Assembly: GCF_006345805.1 (NCBI RefSeq)
Contig: NC_043010.1
Coordinates: 2,294,001-2,358,000 of the forward strand
DNA: 64,000 nucleotides
Direction of reading: 5' to 3'
Origin: Octopus sinensis
Lineage: Eukaryota
The translations under genes were made by a program, and so were the position numbers. Shown piece by piece: positions 61,131 to 64,000 of the stretch. The first letter of the stretch is position 1; each line of letters opens with the position of its first letter. The notes beneath the pieces are model-generated. The model searched no databases and was not told the origin of the DNA. It was given only the letters and a program-made list of their open reading frames with translations.

Positions 61131-62805
61131 TGTGAACACAGTGTGGTGGTGGTGGTGGTGATGGGGAGGTGAATGGGAGGCTTCTCCCTTTTAAGGGATG
61201 AAACAAGTATAGATGAAATGCAGAGGGTGTGTGTATGAGAGTGTTTGAAAGTGTCAGAGTTTGGCAAAGTGTAGCCCTTGGATATTTACGATTCAAAGAG
61301 TTTACTGGTATTTATGCTGAGTGAAATATAAAGATTTCTTTTAGTCTTGTTTTTTAAACTTTTTTCATCATTTGTTTTGATTTAATTGCTTCAAGCTGAT
61401 CATCCATTTCATATCCTACACAGTGTTATAATTATCAGAATTTATTTCTTATATTATTATTATTATTATTATTATTGGTTTCACTTTGAAGATGCTTCAT
61501 ATCTTAAGCAAAATCCATATCAGCCATAAATACAAATAGTGTAGCACTGGCAATGAAATGGTGTATCATCATCCTCCTCTGCATCATTTAACATCCTCTT
61601 TTCCATGCTGGCATGGGTCGGACAGAATTTGTTGAGGCAGATTTTTTCTATGGTGGGCCTTCCTACTGCAAACCAGTTTCCAAGCCAAGTAATATTTCTC
61701 CCCATGGCCAGATATGTTTTTCCACAAAAGACTGGAAATGAACAACATTCGTATGATGGTGATGCTCGTTTAAACCATCACATACTACCAAATCAAGGTT
61801 ACACACACACACACACATACATACAATGGGCTTCTTTCAGTTTTCATCTACCAAATCCACTCACAAATCTTTGGTCAGCCCAAGTCAAAAGTAGAAGACA
61901 TCTACCCAAGGTGTCATATAGTAGGATTGAACCTGAAGCCAAATGCTTGGGAAGCAGGCTTCTCAACCACACAGTTGCACCTGCATCTTGATATAAAGGA
62001 ATCCTGAACGACATTTTGATAATAAAAAAGAAAAAAAATGCTCTATCTTTGAATGACACTCTCGTGTTTAAAACCAGTTTTTAACAATAAGAATGCCTAA
62101 AATATTGTTTCTCCTATCCACCAGTTCTATTACTCTATATAACATGTTAGAAAATAAGCCAGTGATAAAGTTTGTACACAAATCCCTTTGCCTGTGAATG
62201 AAAATTTGCATGCATTCAGATATGAAACAACACATTGATGAAGTCTCTAAAAACCCACAAGAAATAAACGGTTATGCCTTTAAGAACAAAATTTAATACA
62301 AGTTACATCGCCATTGAATTTGTAAAATTAAAGATGTTCATTGAATGGTGTAGTTCAAAGCAAAAAGAGCTATTGATGTTGGGTTAAAACCCTTGGATGA
62401 TAAAAAAGGAAAAGGCCAAAGGTTAAGCACAGGACACAACCATGCCCCTTCTATAATCATGACAGATTGTGCCACCAATTGTGCCAGAGAAACCTTTGGT
62501 CTCTCTTCCATGGAATTAGAGAGTGTAGTCTGGCAAGTGAGAAAGTCTGTTTACGAGTAGAAGAGAAGAGAGTAAGTATTGTAATCAAACAAACAAGCTA
62601 GCAAGCAAACTAACACAGTGAAAATCGATGTACTGTGTATTTGGGTGGTCTGACACATCCTTTGAGGCAAATAATGGTAGCGGTATTGATACTCAATTCT
62701 GGAAATATAAACACATATACACAAACATACATATATATATGCATATGTCTGTGTGTCTGTCTATCTATCTATCAATCTATACACACACACACATATATAT
62801 ATATA

Positions 62806-63015
62806 TAGTTAATCCAAACAAGAAAACAAAAACAAAAAATCACAACAACGCAAGGACGTGGAACAAATAAAGTATTATTGGACGCTCAGGAAAGAAGGGA
62901 AGAAGGAGGGTTTAATGTTTCGAGCAGAGCTCTTTGTCGGAAACATAGGAGAAGGAAAGATCCCGAGAAGGGAAGACAGAGGAAAAAAATCGCCAGTGGT
63001 ACAGACGAGGTCACA
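62806..63015 (-). mobile_element. Second copy of the 52340-52548 repeat with mutated hammerhead core
   Basis: Minus strand 62944-62910 reads GTTT-CCGACAA-A-GAGC-TCT-GCTC-GAAA-CATT-AAAC. Confidence 0.7.
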
Positions 63016-63027
63016 TAATGAAGAGAG

Positions 63028-63061
<34 letters not shown>

Positions 63062-63069
63062 AGAGACAG

Positions 63070-63345
63070 CATGTGGTTTAGTGGTTAAAGTATTCAGTGC
63101 ATGAATGTGAGGTCATGAGATCAATTCCCGAAGATGCATTATGTCCTTGAGCAAGACATTTTATTTCATGTTGTTCCAATTGACTCAGCTGGCAAAAGTG
63201 AGTTGTACCTGTATTTCAAAGGGCCAGCCATGTCACATTCTGTGTCATGCTGAATCTCCTTGAGAACTATGATGTGGGTACATGTGTCTGTGGAGTGCTC
63301 AGCCACTTGCACATAAATTTCACAACTGGAACTCTCGCCTTCATA
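63070..63345 (+). mobile_element. tRNA-headed SINE, further subfamily
   Basis: Head GTGGTTTAGTGGTTAAAG and central GTCCTTGAGCAAGACA domain, with a different 3' domain. Confidence 0.6.
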
Positions 63346-63399
63346 AACAACAGAGTGCCACTGCCATATATATGCAAACACACACAAACACACACATAT

Positions 63400-63662
63400 C
63401 TATATATATATGGTAGATACCAGTGTCACCCAAATTGGCACCTGTGCCGGTGGTACGTAAATGCACCCTGATATCAGGCAAATGGCACCCATGCCAGTAA
63501 CATGTGAAAGCATGTGAAAGCACCTAATACACTCTCAGAGTAGTTGGCATTAGGAAGGGCATCCAGCCACAGAAAACCATGCCAAATCAGACTGCAGTTT
63601 GGTGCAGCCTTCCAGTGTACCAGCCCAGTCAAACTGTCCAACAGATGTTAAATGATGATGAT
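63400..63662 (+). mobile_element. RTE 3'-UTR-type repeat with (GAT)n tail
   Basis: GTTGGCATTAGGAAGGGCATCCAGC...TTAAATGATGATG. Confidence 0.75.
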
Positions 63663-64000
63663 GATCACCCACCCACCCACACACACACACACCACACACA
63701 CACACACCCACACACACACACACACACACATACCATCTCTTCTAAAACCAGAGTAGTCATGTAACTCTGCTCCTCTTCAGCAAGAAACCTGTTCTGCTCA
63801 GCCCCTTTTCCCTTATACTTTACCCCTTTCTTCTCCTTATTCTCTAGCATAATGTTCCCCATTTTCACTTGGGGTTTGTTATCTTGCAAGCTGCACGGTG
63901 ACCCCACTAGTGCCAGTGGCATAAAAAGAAGTACCCAGTACATGTTCTAAATCGGTTGGCACTAAGAAGGGCATCCAGTCATAGAAACAACTATGCCAAA

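Noticed and set aside
62349-62657. Solo LTR (TGTAG...ACA)
   Set aside because: No matching target-site duplication and no second copy in the window.
63735-63795. Hammerhead on the minus strand (CTGAAGA-GGAGCAGAGT...ACTCTG)
   Set aside because: The core start and a stem II are present, but no GAAA or NUH/stem I follows.
648-63943. Most ORFs in the supplied track ([12 protein letters not shown], poly-M/I/V/T, LSLS)
   Set aside because: They are stop-free readings of microsatellites and degenerate triplet tracts, with no domain content or splice support.
1-64000. Prokaryotic or viral systems (operons, defence islands, rRNA)
   Set aside because: No long ORFs, operon structure or rRNA-like sequence; all content is eukaryotic repeat-type.

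Overview
AT-rich eukaryotic DNA saturated with microsatellites and decayed transposable elements. The repeat families look like those I associate with octopus/coleoid cephalopod genomes; this is an inference, as no search was run. I can identify no host protein-coding exon by homology, and nearly all ORFs in the supplied track are microsatellite artefacts or transposon remnants. Recognisable elements are: remnants of MULE, Tc1 and mariner transposases; a hAT MITE with a perfect 8-bp TSD; a Helentron-type non-autonomous element; many RTE-clade LINE fragments and their 3' UTRs; a CR1-like 3' end; a Dong/R4-type LINE in (TAA)n; several tRNA-headed SINE families; a 26-copy ~64-bp minisatellite; and several fold-back palindromes. 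The most interesting signal is a set of type I hammerhead-ribozyme-like motifs in at least five unrelated non-coding repeats. Four motifs have intact cores (54415-54521 minus, 52410-52444, and a tandem pair 361 nt apart at 21566 and 21927) and others are decayed, suggesting Penelope-LTR or retrozyme-type elements. There are weaker hints of a plus-strand transcription unit: a CpG-retaining promoter-like patch at ~41.7 kb, three AG|GT junction motifs, and a candidate exon at 51839-51996.
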